A stretch of DNA of 64,000 nt from Auanema rhodensis (taxonomy: Eukaryota > Animalia > Nematoda): assembly GCA_964057225.1 (NCBI GenBank), contig OZ059899.1, positions 15,376,001-15,440,000 of the forward strand, in the 5' to 3' direction. The notes under the pieces were generated by a model. It was not told the origin of the DNA and did no database searches. It saw only the letters and a program-made list of their open reading frames with translations. Positions within the stretch are counted from its first letter, which is position 1, and each line of letters opens with the position of its first letter. The translations under genes and the position numbers were made by a program. Below, piece after piece: positions 62,057 through 64,000 of the stretch.

Positions 62057-63987
62057 ATGACGAATGGTATAAACTTGGCAAAAATTAAAGAGAATTTGGC
62101 AAAAACAAAGAAGCTCGAGGTGAGTCAGCAGTGTTAAATGAAGTTGAACAATTCCCAGTTAAGCAAACATTAGGAGATAATGATATCGATTATACGATGG
62201 CTATGATGGAATCAGATGACGAAGAAACTGACAATACCAACGAAGATAATACTAAAGAACCTGAATATAGTTCATTGTAATTTTTAAAATATTTTACTTT
62301 TACGATGACAAATGATTTTTTAAAGAGATGAAGAAAAATATGATGATACTATGAGCAAAGCTGTTAACTTATTAGCTGAAGGAAGTGTTGAAAAACTCAC
62401 TGTGGACACGCTCTTCCGAAAACTCAGTGTAATAGGTTCAAATGAATTTCGTATGTTTATTCTAAATTTTCCTTCCTTTCATGTTTTTTATTTGAAGATC
62501 ATGCTATTCACTCCTTGGAAGATGCTGAGAATTATATAAATAGAATTCAAGCAACGCATATGGATATTGTTCTAAATGCTAGTGGCCATTTTCAAATGCA
62601 TGGTATACTTTAAAATTTTATTTTATTTTACAAAAATTATTTTAAAGATATTTTTGATCGTGTTATCTCTAATATCGTCAATGCTCGCAGTGTGGCGGAA
62701 CATAGTGGCAAAGGCCCTGATTTGAATTTGGTACTAATTTCATTTATGTTTCTAATTTTGATTCTTGGACTTTGCAGTGTCTGGCATGGCTAGCTTTTGC
62801 ATGTCAAGGCCAAGTTGGAGATATCATACCTCCAGGTGAACAATTCCCTTACGCTGTTCAGTATATTGCTAAAAAACTTAAAAATACTTCTCTTCCCAAA
62901 GTAGCTAATAGTGAAAGATTAGAGTTAGCTACATGTCAGGTACAGAAGTACTAAACAGACGCATATTACTATTTCTTTTTTTGCAGATTTCTCGTGTTTT
63001 CGAGTTTTTAACAGTTTGTGATTTATGTAATCAGAGTCCTGAAGACAGGGCTATTTTACTTTTTTCAATTGCACGTATCATTCTCGATAAATCAGCTCAA
63101 GCACATATACACTTTAAGGCCATTGATGTTATAGCAAATGTACGTTTTTTCAACCAAAACAAATTATATGTATGTAACAATGATGTTAATATTTGATTTT
63201 CAGATAATCAATGCTAGCTCTTTAAATCGAAGATCTGTGATTGTGGAATTTTCGCGACTTTTCTGTTTAATATCAGGTTTGTTAGAAGAGGCATTTTCAT
63301 AATTATGGACCTACTGCCAGTGTAATCACATAGAAACAGTAGCCTTCTCTTTCAGATGATTTCTGCGCTTTACGCTTTGTTTTTGAATGTTTCCGTCTTG
63401 CACCTATACCACCATATGCTTTACTATGTTTAGTTTCCACAGCTTTTATATCAGCCAGTGAACGTGCGGAATGTGAACCTGAGTTTAACGTACTGTTGTT
63501 TTCTGAAATTGAACACAAATATATTACAGATCTTCTTCTAATTTTATTATGTAATTATCTTTCATTTCAGGAACGAATGACTGATGATGATCTAATAGAC
63601 TCCTATTTTGCCGTTATTACTGACACTTTTTCTGATGCGATGGAAGTATTTGCTAATGTACATGTGATATTTTATTTTTTCAATCTCATCAAACAATTAC
63701 AGGCTAAGAAAAATCAATCAGCATTACTAAACATGCTAGATGCAGCTCTTGTTAAAGATTTATTTGTGTTGGATCATGCTAAAGGCAGTCGCCGGCTAGA
63801 TGAGCTTGCAAAAAGCATCGAACCATATACGGCCAAGCTGGTTAGTCATTAATAAAATTCTGCTTACATTTTTTTATTTCTCCAGCTGGAAAAGAAGGGC
63901 TCCCCCGACGAGGCCATGCTTGAAGCTCACTTACGAACTTTAACTTCAAGACTAAATGTTATCGAACAAGTTATCGCAGATCTCTGA
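62057..63987 (+). CDS. Uncharacterised predominantly helical protein with an acidic N-terminal region (multi-exon)
   Basis: Starts tttcag|ATG. A chain of phase-compatible exons separated by short GT-AG introns ends ...IEQVIADL*. Confidence 0.75.
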
Positions 63988-64000
63988 GATGAAAAGAAAA

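Overview
AT-rich eukaryotic DNA, almost certainly a rhabditid-type nematode: introns are mostly 40-50 nt, acceptors are TTTCAG-like, and unpaired acceptors sit just before start codons, which suggests SL trans-splicing. The ORF track is fragmented by introns, so I rebuilt the genes by hand. Ten protein-coding genes are present: abce-1 (-), smg-6 (-), an OSBP/obr-1-like gene (-), cyclin Y (+), PITHD1 (+), a RING-less PCGF/Psc-like RAWUL protein (-), a zinc-finger/acidic protein (-), phosphorylase kinase alpha (-), exosome subunit EXOSC8/Rrp43 (+) and an unknown helical protein (+). Bases 1-7.5 kb look like the 5' intronic region of an eleventh minus-strand gene whose coding exons lie outside the window. 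The most striking locus is smg-6. One intron holds an in-frame cassette exon and two stop-containing candidate exons, linked by a perfect 14-bp long-range helix and competing local helices, next to an extended miR-34-complementary site. Another intron holds an in-frame alternative last exon that would add a transmembrane tail to the EJC-binding N-terminal half. The nuclease core also has its own candidate start. Other notable items are a 13-nt antisense copy of the SL2 leader in the abce-1 5' UTR, an OSBP first exon that replaces half of the PH domain, and a spliced overlapping uORF on the PCGF-like gene. All exon models are manual predictions without transcript data.
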